64,000 nt of DNA from an uncultured virus (IMG/VR IMGVR_UViG_3300042890_000801) (Duplodnaviria > Heunggongvirae > Uroviricota > Caudoviricetes), in the IMG/VR virus record IMGVR_UViG_3300042890_000801; one strand, written 5' to 3'. A model generated the notes under the pieces. That model saw nothing but the letters and a program-made list of their open reading frames with translations, ran no database searches and was not told the DNA's origin. Shown piece by piece: positions 54,741-63,093 of this stretch. The translations under genes and the position numbers were made by a program. How positions within the stretch are numbered: position 1 is the stretch's first letter; each line of letters starts with the position of its first letter.

Positions 54741-55276
54741 GACATCAACACCTTTGCATCTATTTTAAGAAGTTTCATTAGCCCTTCGACTACAACCTTT
54801 CGTCCTGCATTGTACGCATCCCTGTGTGAGTGGAACATAGCATCGTTGTAGCCCTGACTATACCCCTGCTGGAACATGAAGCTCTTGGCGTTCTCTCCCT
54901 GCCTATCAATGTCGGATTCCTTGAGTGGCTGGCGCTTGGGGGTTACTACCGCTGCTTCCTCTTCAACTACTTCCTCTTCAACTACTTGCTCTTCAACTAC
55001 TTGCTCTGCTGCCCCTGCAATTCGTACTACATAATGCTGGTTGTATTTTGTAAGGTAGGCATCAGGATGTAATACATAGCGAAGAATGCCATTACCTGAT
55101 TCGTCCTCGATGATGCTTACCGTTTTATTATCTAGGAAAGTTTTTACGGCTTTGCGTACTTGTTCTCTGTTAAGTTTTGCTCCATTGGCAATCTCTTCTC
55201 GAGTAAGTTCTACTCCTCGCTTCTTCATATATTCAAAAACTTTAACGGCATTTGTTTTTGGCTTTGCCTTACTCAT
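54737..55276 (-). CDS. Putative winged-helix DNA-binding protein
   Basis: KVFEYM...LTREEIA....LNREQVRKAVKTF pattern, then an acidic EEQVV repeat linker. Confidence 0.5.
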   Translation of the reverse strand: MSKAKPKTNAVKVFEYMKKRGVELTREEIANGAKLNREQVRKAVKTFLDNKTVSIIEDESGNGILRYVLHPDAYLTKYNQHYVVRIAGAAEQVVEEQVVEEEVVEEEAAVVTPKRQPLKESDIDRQGENAKSFMFQQGYSQGYNDAMFHSHRDAYNAGRKVVVEGLMKLLKIDAKVLMS

Positions 55277-55470
55277 TGTTCTATCCTCATTTCGCATGTG
55301 TCTGTGTCTTTATCTATCAGGGTTTCGCAATACGAAGGTTTCCTCGTACTCATTGCCTCTATGTCTAACTCAATCTGGGTGTGCCTCCTGCATCCTTCTT
55401 TCTCATTGCATCCCTTACCGTGGCACCGTGTTACATCGTAAGGCAGGAATCGGAAGCTTCTCGTAACCAT
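55273..55470 (-). CDS. Small Cys-rich protein
   Basis: D.TRC.G..C..K..C.R motif. Confidence 0.5.
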   Translation of the reverse strand: MVTRSFRFLPYDVTRCHGKGCNEKEGCRRHTQIELDIEAMSTRKPSYCETLIDKDTDTCEMRIEQ

Positions 55471-55764
55471 AATGATCTCGCCCTTGTGGTTTCCTGTTTG
55501 GGTAGTAGCGTTCTGCTTTGATTAACCAACCGCACTTTGCGGTCACTCTGTAGAATATGTTGCGATTTTTAGACGGTCTAAAAATCTGTGCGTCCTGCAA
55601 GTTCTTCCTCAGAAAATACCTTGTCATTATCTTGTCCTCCGTTTTCATGCCACTCTATACACGCCTGCCACCCAGCATAGAAAGCCTCCCATCTGTTTGG
55701 CATTTTGGTTACATCCCTCATGGCATCTTTGTGCCACTCGTCGTATGCTGTTGTTATCTCATCC

Positions 55765-56073
55765 CTACTCATCTGCTGCTCCTTCACCTAAGTCTCCTTT
55801 AATAGTTAAGTAGTAAACATCCTCGCCCCAAAATATACCCACATCGGTTACATCCACTTGTACTCCTGCTATGTTTATCAGAGCTATCGAAGTTTGCATC
55901 CAGTTGGGCAGGGTGCGATAGTGGTGCTGTGTTCCCGTATTAAAATCATAGATGTCTCCCCCCTCCCCTCGCGATGCTACTCGAACCCGCGCTTGCTTCA
56001 CAACTCCAGATGAATCGTAGTCCCAATAGGGGCTGTAATATGCTTCTCCGTTATTACCCACAATGTTGGACAT
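55765..56073 (-). CDS. Hypothetical protein
   Basis: AAGGAG RBS before ATG 56073; LP.W....IAL......V..VG. Confidence 0.5.
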   Translation of the reverse strand: MSNIVGNNGEAYYSPYWDYDSSGVVKQARVRVASRGEGGDIYDFNTGTQHHYRTLPNWMQTSIALINIAGVQVDVTDVGIFWGEDVYYLTIKGDLGEGAADE

Positions 56074-57134
56074 GGTATCTCCTTTGGCCAAGGGGTATAT
56101 CCGTCTGTCAATATCACAATCGCTTCCGGCTTGAGGTTGTTCTTCACAACGTAATCAAAGATCACACGCATGTCCGTACCGCCACCACCATGCAACTCTG
56201 TTATAGCCCCTAGCTGGTCTAGGGAACCTTGGTCGAAGACCTTGTGTGACTGTATGGTAGCGTCACACTCGATCAAATGCAACACCTCTGGCATAACAAT
56301 GTTGCATATAGCCACAAACTCTGAGACGAAAGCAGATGCCACCGGCCCATTCACGCTGCCACTTGTATCCATCCCATTCACCAAAGACCCCATGCTCTCG
56401 CTGATGCTCGACGGCATGTACAAGTCCTCTCCCAACCATCTGCGGTTAGGCCTTCTCCATGTGCTGTCGTCATGCCCCTGAGATACAGAAGACATGAACT
56501 CACGCATCTGCTCACGCCAGTCGATCTTAGGAGCGGTTAACTCACCAATCAGCTTGCTCTCTTCGCCTCCCATCTTGCCAGCCATGAGAGCACCTTGACG
56601 AATAGCTTGGTCGATCTCTGCCGCAACTGCCTCCTTCTCCTCATCAGTTAGCTCATCGAAGTTATGTTCGTCAAAGCCCCCTCCTCCTTCCTCCCCCTGA
56701 TCCTTCAGCCTACGGTACACTTCGCCTGTGTCCATCCCTCTGTACTGCTCGTCCACTAAGGCACAGTCAGGGAGTTTGGTGAAGTCTTTGTGCTTTTTAG
56801 ACAGGTCTAAAATTTCGAGGTTGATAACGTAGTCTGCTGCCATGTTCGCTAGCTTAGCGTCCTCTTTCCACAGGTGCTTCCAGAGCCATGCGTGAGAGTA
56901 TGCCTTATGAAGATTCTCGTGTAGTACCACGGCAGTGAGTTCAGCATCACTCAGCCCCTCTACAAACCCACGGCCATACATAACATCACGCCCATTAGTA
57001 CATGCTGTAGGAATGTCATCCTGCACCGTACTTTCCCCCACCATGACCAGACCACTGAATGCCATCGTAGCCTGATGTGACATTAACCTTACGTGACTCT
57101 TCTGTATCCGTTGTTCTGCTGTTAAGTTCATCAC
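55998..57134 (-). CDS. Putative metallopeptidase-VWA protein (DUF2201-like)
   Basis: PTACTNG, LHENLH, N.A.DY.IN, STW.RPNRR, MIDAS DTSGS, GGGGTD, LTDGY. Confidence 0.85.
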   Translation of the reverse strand: MMNLTAEQRIQKSHVRLMSHQATMAFSGLVMVGESTVQDDIPTACTNGRDVMYGRGFVEGLSDAELTAVVLHENLHKAYSHAWLWKHLWKEDAKLANMAADYVINLEILDLSKKHKDFTKLPDCALVDEQYRGMDTGEVYRRLKDQGEEGGGGFDEHNFDELTDEEKEAVAAEIDQAIRQGALMAGKMGGEESKLIGELTAPKIDWREQMREFMSSVSQGHDDSTWRRPNRRWLGEDLYMPSSISESMGSLVNGMDTSGSVNGPVASAFVSEFVAICNIVMPEVLHLIECDATIQSHKVFDQGSLDQLGAITELHGGGGTDMRVIFDYVVKNNLKPEAIVILTDGYTPWPKEIPCPTLWVITEKHITAPIGTTIHLEL

Positions 57135-57493
57135 TCTTCTCCTTTGATCTTGGCAAAATCTTGTGGACTCATCACTGTATCGTCCTCCTCTCTATCTTTT
57201 ATCGCACATGCCCATGCTGTATAGGTATCGTTGTCCACTCCTCGTGCATCGAAGGTAATATCTTTCACTACCTCGACGTTTCCGACTTCGTACTCCCTTA
57301 ATGCGCTAAGCGTCCCTGCTCTATGGTTCGCCGGGTATTGCATGTCTATTCTATGGGCATGTTCAGCTAACAATGCCTGCACCTTATGCGCCACTTCCAA
57401 TGGCATGACTAGATCGTAGTACCCGAAACTTATCTTACCCAGTATTTTCTTGTTCATTCTCGTACTCCTCGCCATGTAATAGGTCATCAACAC
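57131..57493 (-). CDS. Hypothetical protein
   Basis: ATGA overlap with the VWA gene; start uncertain. Confidence 0.5.
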   Translation of the reverse strand: MLMTYYMARSTRMNKKILGKISFGYYDLVMPLEVAHKVQALLAEHAHRIDMQYPANHRAGTLSALREYEVGNVEVVKDITFDARGVDNDTYTAWACAIKDREEDDTVMSPQDFAKIKGEE

Positions 57494-57515
57494 ATGTTTT
57501 TAGACCGTCTAATTT

Positions 57516-57803
57516 TTAGCAATCAATAATATAAACCTTTCTGGCGGGGTCTACAGCGTTTACCCAAGCCCCCACCCCCTCGACATACCTATACTCTGGC
57601 AACATACGGATAAATATAAGCGCCTCTCTTTGCTTATCAGTTAACGTGTCTACATATTTCTCGGTGGCGGAGTAGGCTAAACTGATAAGCGCTGAATATG
57701 TACTGAATATTTCTTCCCTAGAAACCTCTTTTATTCTCAGAGTGTACATATCGACCACTTCCTTACCAATAATACCTATCCACAACAACTCCCGCTCTTC
57801 CAT
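57516..57803 (-). CDS. Hypothetical protein
   Basis: GAGGT RBS before MEERELL; weak similarity to 55765-56073. Confidence 0.5.
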   Translation of the reverse strand: MEERELLWIGIIGKEVVDMYTLRIKEVSREEIFSTYSALISLAYSATEKYVDTLTDKQREALIFIRMLPEYRYVEGVGAWVNAVDPARKVYIIDC

Positions 57804-57811
57804 AGCCCACC

Positions 57812-58879
57812 TCAACTGAAAAGGAAAGAATTTTTTGAAGCCCACGAAGTAAATCCCTTATGTGTCGTAGCAATACCTACCTTAGCTGACCGCATAATAG
57901 ACCTAGCAAACAGCGCCTGCACCTCCTTACCCATTCTCTGTACGTACACCATCCACGCATCGAACGTACCACGCTCAATCCTCTGCACTGCCTTGGCTAC
58001 CATCATGCAACACGCCGCTGCACCCTTGGGAATCTTGGTGTCCTCTGGGTTTTTAATCACAGCTTCCCACGATGGAAGCGTATCGTTAAGTTTTACAAGA
58101 GTGAGGATGTCCATCGCTGCGGCTTCGCCTACCACACCCATCAGTGCATGAATACGAACGTCATCGGGCAGGTTCTCGGTAGCTTTGAGCACATCGCTGG
58201 CCTTTTCCATGCCTCTATGCGTAACGAACGCTGTCCTCGGTGACTTAGGATGGTTGATGTAATGATTGGTATTCGGGTCTTCCACATTCTCAAAGCTCTC
58301 AAACATCTGAGGGAACTCAATAGCCGTACCAAGAATAGTAGGATGAATACCCGCATTGATGCCGTACACCTCTACCCACTCCATGCCTGTGTACTTTCTG
58401 ATCTTTGCTTGGCACATTCTACTTCTGGCATGTGCTGGTATGTTATCGCCCAGCCCTTCTATTGCTAGGTTTGTCGTAGCAAAGACAATGCTTCCTTCAG
58501 GCAAGGCGTACTTGCCAAGCTTTCTCTCGTGGATAATCCTAAGCAATGTGTTCATCACTGCCTTACTGCACTTGCCTAGCTCGTCAATCATCAATAGCAC
58601 AGGCTGAGTCAAATGGAACCCAAGGTACTCATTAGGTAGGAATGACACAGAATCAGTACCTACCTTGGGCATCATGATGTCACCGACATCTAACAAAGGC
58701 GCATCCAAATATACCGGATGATGCTCTGGGAATCTTTGCTTCAGCATACCCAGCATGGCGCTCTTGCCGATGCCCATTTCCCCACTGAAGAGGCATGTCA
58801 CCTTATCACCCACAGCAGCTACCAAGTCAGATGCCTGTGCCAGTGTGAGTGAACCGTAAGTCTTGTTAATCTTGCTCAT
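57812..58879 (-). CDS. AAA+ ATPase (MoxR-like, VWA-associated)
   Basis: Walker A GEMGIGKS, Walker B LMIDE, ATTN sensor, AR.R, T.R..E.AS; ATG at 58879. Confidence 0.85.
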   Translation of the reverse strand: MSKINKTYGSLTLAQASDLVAAVGDKVTCLFSGEMGIGKSAMLGMLKQRFPEHHPVYLDAPLLDVGDIMMPKVGTDSVSFLPNEYLGFHLTQPVLLMIDELGKCSKAVMNTLLRIIHERKLGKYALPEGSIVFATTNLAIEGLGDNIPAHARSRMCQAKIRKYTGMEWVEVYGINAGIHPTILGTAIEFPQMFESFENVEDPNTNHYINHPKSPRTAFVTHRGMEKASDVLKATENLPDDVRIHALMGVVGEAAAMDILTLVKLNDTLPSWEAVIKNPEDTKIPKGAAACCMMVAKAVQRIERGTFDAWMVYVQRMGKEVQALFARSIMRSAKVGIATTHKGFTSWASKNSFLFS

Positions 58880-58937
58880 GTTTTTAGACCGTCTAAATAT
58901 CCACCAAGTAAGGCTTGGCTCCTTCAACTGAGTATAT

Positions 58938-58967
58938 ATTATACTACGTTTTTTCTATCTTTGTCAA
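58938..58967 (-). promoter_or_regulatory. Early sigma70 promoter
   Basis: TTGACA-18-TATAAT on the minus strand. Confidence 0.8.
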
Positions 58968-58972
58968 TGCCC

Positions 58973-59845
58973 TCATACCAGACTGAACTTCTCCAGCAAA
59001 TGATCCAGTTCCTTCTTCGTCTGCATACGAGAGCCTTCGTCTTTCCTCAAGTCCTTGGCATCACAATACTCGACGGTATTTCTCAACTCCCTTCTCATCT
59101 GCTCAATCTCTGGATCACCTGTTAGATTCAAGTCACCCATTGCATCGCATAGTTCAAGGCAAGTCTCAATCGTGCTCTCATGAACTCTTCCTTTTGTGCC
59201 ATCAGGCTCGATGCGTAACTGATTCGATAGCTTTGACACAGCATCCTTCACTCGATCTCTAACGTCCTGCATCGCGTCAGCTATGCGCTTCTCCTGCGCC
59301 TGCTCGAACTCCCAGCGTAACTGCTCCAGTCCTTCGTTACCAATATCAATGCGGAAATCACCCGACTCAGGCAATGGATAGATGTTGTAGTGCATCTGAA
59401 ATTTGTGGCGAATCTCCGACACGTCTGGGTAGTCGTCTACGTTGAACAACGCACCCAACTCGAACTGTGCCGACTGGATAATTGTTTTGTACTCTTTCTC
59501 GAACTCATCGACCAGTGCATCTCGAATACTCTGATGCTGTTGTAGCTCTTGCATGTAATCGAAGTAGCCTTTGGTGGGCAGCAAGCGCGGCCCCCGATCA
59601 GACCAAGGTAGAGTACGCGAGGCGTGCCATTGGCGAACCAACACATCCTGGCTCTGAATAGAAGCTAGTTCCTTGCAGTTAGCGAAGAGGTTCTTCTGAT
59701 ACGTCCCAGCACGGGACTTGGCGTGCTTGGCTCCTGCTACCTCATCGGACACAGCCCTATCTTGTTTCTTGCCTTGATACCCTTTTATGGTTAGATCGAC
59801 CAGCATGGCACTGGATGAAATGGTTACGTTGTTTGCGTTGCTCAT
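58973..59845 (-). CDS. DUF3150-like protein
   Basis: SSAMLV.L, K.L, TLPW...G.RLLP, LG.LF...DYP, P..GDFR, LNLT.DP; GGAG RBS. Confidence 0.65.
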   Translation of the reverse strand: MSNANNVTISSSAMLVDLTIKGYQGKKQDRAVSDEVAGAKHAKSRAGTYQKNLFANCKELASIQSQDVLVRQWHASRTLPWSDRGPRLLPTKGYFDYMQELQQHQSIRDALVDEFEKEYKTIIQSAQFELGALFNVDDYPDVSEIRHKFQMHYNIYPLPESGDFRIDIGNEGLEQLRWEFEQAQEKRIADAMQDVRDRVKDAVSKLSNQLRIEPDGTKGRVHESTIETCLELCDAMGDLNLTGDPEIEQMRRELRNTVEYCDAKDLRKDEGSRMQTKKELDHLLEKFSLV

Positions 59846-59879
59846 TGTGTTTCTCCAAAAAATTAGACCGTCTAAAAAA

Positions 59880-60359
59880 TCACCACCAGTATGGTGGTGG
59901 CACACCTTTGCTCCACTGAGCGAAGTCTTTGGTGTGGTAGTAGGCACGGTATGCCTTCACTGGGTTTGGGTTACGAAACTCTTCCGGCATTGCCTGAGCA
60001 AATGACGTTGGGCCTATGTCTGGCAGTGTGCCGATCCACTCTTTACACTCTCTCACTATATCTTTGATGACCTCCCACGATTTGTGGTTGTGTTGCTTGC
60101 CGTACCTGATTCTGTACTGTGTGTTTAATTCTTTCGCATGTTCTGTCAGCCACCAGAAGTTGTCGATGCTGGCACGAGTCCAGATGGTACATGGATGGTT
60201 GAGGTGCGCTGTCTTATAAGGAGTGACTTGCTCTCCTGCCTTGTAGTTGAGTGCACTGCACAGCATTTGTGCCGACTCCAGTATCATCTTGTTGACGTGC
60301 TTATCGCACATCATGATTGCAGATAGCCTAGGGTCGTAGTCGAGTACGAAGATGTTCAT
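59880..60359 (-). CDS. Pyrimidine dimer DNA glycosylase/endonuclease V-like protein
   Basis: MNIF.LD.DP, DKHV.KM.LE.AQ.L, H.NHPC..W, QAMP, AYR.YY. Confidence 0.8.
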   Translation of the reverse strand: MNIFVLDYDPRLSAIMMCDKHVNKMILESAQMLCSALNYKAGEQVTPYKTAHLNHPCTIWTRASIDNFWWLTEHAKELNTQYRIRYGKQHNHKSWEVIKDIVRECKEWIGTLPDIGPTSFAQAMPEEFRNPNPVKAYRAYYHTKDFAQWSKGVPPPYWW

Positions 60360-60419
60360 AAAATTAGACCGTCTAAAAAGCCACTGCGTAAGGCGCAGCA
60401 CCCTTGTCTCTTGGTATAT

Positions 60420-60449
60420 ATTATATACCTTTTCTGTATCTTTTGTCAA
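60420..60449 (-). promoter_or_regulatory. Early sigma70 promoter
   Basis: TTGACA-18-TATAAT. Confidence 0.8.
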
Positions 60450-60575
60450 GTGGGGTTAGCCTCCACCCCAAGGTCTACGGCATCGGGTGAGAGAGGGGCA
60501 TGGAGCCGCAAAGTCCCAATCCGTAGATGACGTGGTTATTCAGCAAGTGGGCCACTCACGCCTTACGCCCTTTTG

Positions 60576-60767
60576 TTATTCTACGCTATCTTCTTCCTGT
60601 GCCAAGGCCCAGTCGCTTGCCAGCCTATCCAGCACAGCAACGTCTAAGTAGCCGCGTATGTCCTGCATGGTTTTCATGTCTACCACCTTTATTATGTACG
60701 GCTCCCCATAGATGAACTCGCCCTTCACATAGCACTCCTTCTCTTCTATGCCTATGTATGCTCGCAT
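60576..60767 (-). CDS. Small early protein
   Basis: TAATG overlap with the upstream gene. Confidence 0.5.
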   Translation of the reverse strand: MRAYIGIEEKECYVKGEFIYGEPYIIKVVDMKTMQDIRGYLDVAVLDRLASDWALAQEEDSVE

Positions 60768-60991
60768 TACAATTCTCCTCTTTTCTCTGCCTCGGTCATT
60801 ATGTAGTCTGCGTGGTCAGCCCAAATGCCAGCGTACACTTCCATTACTTCCTCGTCTGCATTGCCCGCTTCAACCAGCATACGAATGGTAGGATGATCGG
60901 GTTCGCCCTGCTCCTCCTCAATGTCCAGATAGTCTGGGTCGCGTGGGTCGAGCCGAGAATAAAAACGTACTTCTGCTCTTGTCATGTTCAT
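60767..60991 (-). CDS. Small early protein
   Basis: GGAGG RBS; DPRDPDY motif. Confidence 0.5.
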   Translation of the reverse strand: MNMTRAEVRFYSRLDPRDPDYLDIEEEQGEPDHPTIRMLVEAGNADEEVMEVYAGIWADHADYIMTEAEKRGEL

Positions 60992-61266
60992 TGTGCCTCC
61001 TCCATTTTTAGACCGTCTAATTTTTGAAGCCAGTTGTTAAGCTCTTCCTGTGGCACACGCGCCGTCAATGGATAGCCCATCCTCTTCTTCCACTGGGTGA
61101 TGTGCTTACTCGTTGTGACGCTCCACTTTCTATCTGTCTCAATGAACCCCAAGCCGGGGATATAGCCTGCCACAGGTGTGCTATATGATTGAAGGAACTG
61201 TGCGCCGTTCTCATAGGTCACTTCCCAAGCACTTTGTTTGTTTATTCTTTTCATTGTGTGTTTCAT
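60988..61266 (-). CDS. Small early protein
   Basis: SYSTPVA...KWSVTTSKHI..W motif common in early phage genes. Confidence 0.65.
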   Translation of the reverse strand: MKHTMKRINKQSAWEVTYENGAQFLQSYSTPVAGYIPGLGFIETDRKWSVTTSKHITQWKKRMGYPLTARVPQEELNNWLQKLDGLKMEEAQ

Positions 61267-61276
61267 TGTTCTTCTC

Positions 61277-61483
61277 CTATAGTTCTACTACGATCCAGTC
61301 CTTGCCCTGCTCTATATAGCATGTGCAGGCATTGCCAAAGCACGGGGCATACACACGCCGCAGTCTATTGTTGTGTTTCACCATGTACCGTGTTGGGATT
61401 CTTCTACCATAGCCGGAGGCGTTGGCATACCGCACGGGCTTTTCAACACAAAAAGGGAAATAAATTCTGTCTACAATAGCCAT
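61277..61483 (-). CDS. Small early protein
   Basis: SGYG..IPT.Y.V....RRVY...GN..T.YI; GAGGAG RBS. Confidence 0.6.
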   Translation of the reverse strand: MAIVDRIYFPFCVEKPVRYANASGYGRRIPTRYMVKHNNRLRRVYAPCFGNACTCYIEQGKDWIVVEL

Positions 61484-61487
61484 TGCC

Positions 61488-61793
61488 TTACTCCTCAAAC
61501 CCAAAGTTCTGTTTCTCTTCATCACTCATAAGCTCGTCGCACAGCGCCCACAAGTCGCCATCTTGGTACAGCCTCCAGACGTACTCGCCCTCTCTATACT
61601 CCGCCTTATTGAGTATCTGGTCCCATGCTTCCCAATAGTCATGGTTGTCTGGTCCTTCTGCACAGGTGTTAGCCGCCCAAGACTCAGGGTCTATGCTCCA
61701 CTCGGTAATGTCACAATTAGCAACAAAGTCACGGGGGATATACTGCCCACGCGCATCGCTCAACAGGCACTCAACTGCATCTAACTTGCTCAT
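61488..61793 (-). CDS. Small early protein
   Basis: D.RG.YIP..F, GP....YW.AW, LYQDGDLW. Confidence 0.6.
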   Translation of the reverse strand: MSKLDAVECLLSDARGQYIPRDFVANCDITEWSIDPESWAANTCAEGPDNHDYWEAWDQILNKAEYREGEYVWRLYQDGDLWALCDELMSDEEKQNFGFEE

Positions 61794-61880
61794 CTTATCT
61801 CTCCGTTTTTAGACCGTCTAATTTGTCGGTCTGTGTCTACTGCATGGGGTGCAGCGCCCTGTCTTCTCGACTTGGTATAT

Positions 61881-61910
61881 ATTATATACCTTTTTTCTAC
61901 CTTTTGTCAA
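61881..61910 (-). promoter_or_regulatory. Early sigma70 promoter
   Basis: TTGACA-18-TATAAT. Confidence 0.8.
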
Positions 61911-61979
61911 GCCAACGGCTTTTTAGACCGTCTAAATATGTGCCGTCCTTGGCCTTTCTTCCTTCACTTCATGGTATAT

Positions 61980-62008
61980 ATTATATATGTTTTTCCTATC
62001 TTTGTCAA
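61980..62008 (-). promoter_or_regulatory. Early sigma70 promoter
   Basis: TTGACA-17-TATAAT. Confidence 0.82.
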
Positions 62009-62009
62009 G

Positions 62010-62309
62010 TCACCAGTCGTAGCCGCTGGCGTCTAAGTTATTTATGCGATTGTCATAAGGTATTTTGTTTATGTGCGTGATTCGTTTTGGCACAGGGGCT
62101 CCGTAGTACCATAGCCATGCCAGCTTGTGTGCGGCATGTGTTCCTCCACACAAATTTATAAAGACACCCCCTTTGGCATTCTCCTTACCTGCGATATCCC
62201 CGCGCTCTCTACCGTGACTTCTGTCGTCCTGTGCCCAGCGGAACTCTCCGGTGTACTCGTCATAGTCCAGCACTGAATGTAGATACGCCTGTGTTAGCTC
62301 TTTCTTCAT
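62010..62309 (-). CDS. Truncated/degenerate HNH endonuclease
   Basis: L.YD..TG.F.W, AHKLAW...G, I.HIN....DNRI.NL; ends before the final HNH helix and has no AP2 domain. Confidence 0.65.
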   Translation of the reverse strand: MKKELTQAYLHSVLDYDEYTGEFRWAQDDRSHGRERGDIAGKENAKGGVFINLCGGTHAAHKLAWLWYYGAPVPKRITHINKIPYDNRINNLDASGYDW

Positions 62310-62310
62310 A

Positions 62311-63093
62311 TCATACTCCTTTCATCAAACTTATTTTCATGGGTTGGTATAAATCCGTTGTCTCTACGCTGTACATGCTTCGTTCTATATGTGCTCCTGT
62401 TTGTGTTACGTCTATCTTCCACGGCACTTGCCCCGGTATTAGTATCCCCGCCTCGAACTTGTCCAGCACCTCCATCATGGTTGTCTTTGTTACGATATGG
62501 CTCCCCCCATCCTCTGGCATGGTGCCCCAATAAGCACGGGTATTGTCTATGATGGCTTGTGGCAGGGGGGTTAGCCCGTTGCTGTCTCTCCACCCAATGT
62601 CTCGCACTCGGAGATTGTTTTTTGCTGGGGCATTGCCCCTCGCCGCGTCGATAACGCCCGCCATGTACCGAGAGTATGACTCTTTGTAAACTCTGTAGTC
62701 CCACGTATATTTGACATCGTAAGGTGCGTTCACCCACTTTTTGAGCGATGGGCAGGGGACAATGTAATACTGAAGGGCGTCATTGTTGCTACCTTCTACG
62801 AACAATCCAACAGGACTCACTCCACGCGGTACAGCTTCCAAATTTAGCTTCTTTGTACGCGAAAAACCACAACGCCTGAAATCCCCGTTCAACATACCGG
62901 CATGGATGAACATGTCTATTTCTGGTAGGTACAAACTATGATTGATAGGAGTTGTGGTTTTTGGGTGCTTTTCCTCATTTTTAGACGCGTCTAAAAATTT
63001 CAACATCGCCGCTTCTATATAAGGAGTGAGGAGGGGCACAAGGGCTTGTGCGAGGGTGTGGAGTTTGGCATTTTCGTCTGGTTGGTGGGTCAT
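62311..63093 (-). CDS. Hypothetical protein
   Basis: 260 aa ORF with GGAG RBS. Confidence 0.6.
   Translation of the reverse strand: MTHQPDENAKLHTLAQALVPLLTPYIEAAMLKFLDASKNEEKHPKTTTPINHSLYLPEIDMFIHAGMLNGDFRRCGFSRTKKLNLEAVPRGVSPVGLFVEGSNNDALQYYIVPCPSLKKWVNAPYDVKYTWDYRVYKESYSRYMAGVIDAARGNAPAKNNLRVRDIGWRDSNGLTPLPQAIIDNTRAYWGTMPEDGGSHIVTKTTMMEVLDKFEAGILIPGQVPWKIDVTQTGAHIERSMYSVETTDLYQPMKISLMKGV

Noticed and set aside
57812..60449. ORF-track upstream starts for the AAA, DUF3150-like and glycosylase genes
   Set aside because: The extensions run through promoters, palindromes or the neighbouring gene; downstream ATGs at 58879, 59845 and 60359 fit better.
55564..61935. Palindromic repeats as a CRISPR array
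   Set aside because: Repeats are only 13 bp, spacing is irregular (about 110 to 1900 nt) with whole genes between them, and the only Cas4-like gene is an ordinary replication-module nuclease.
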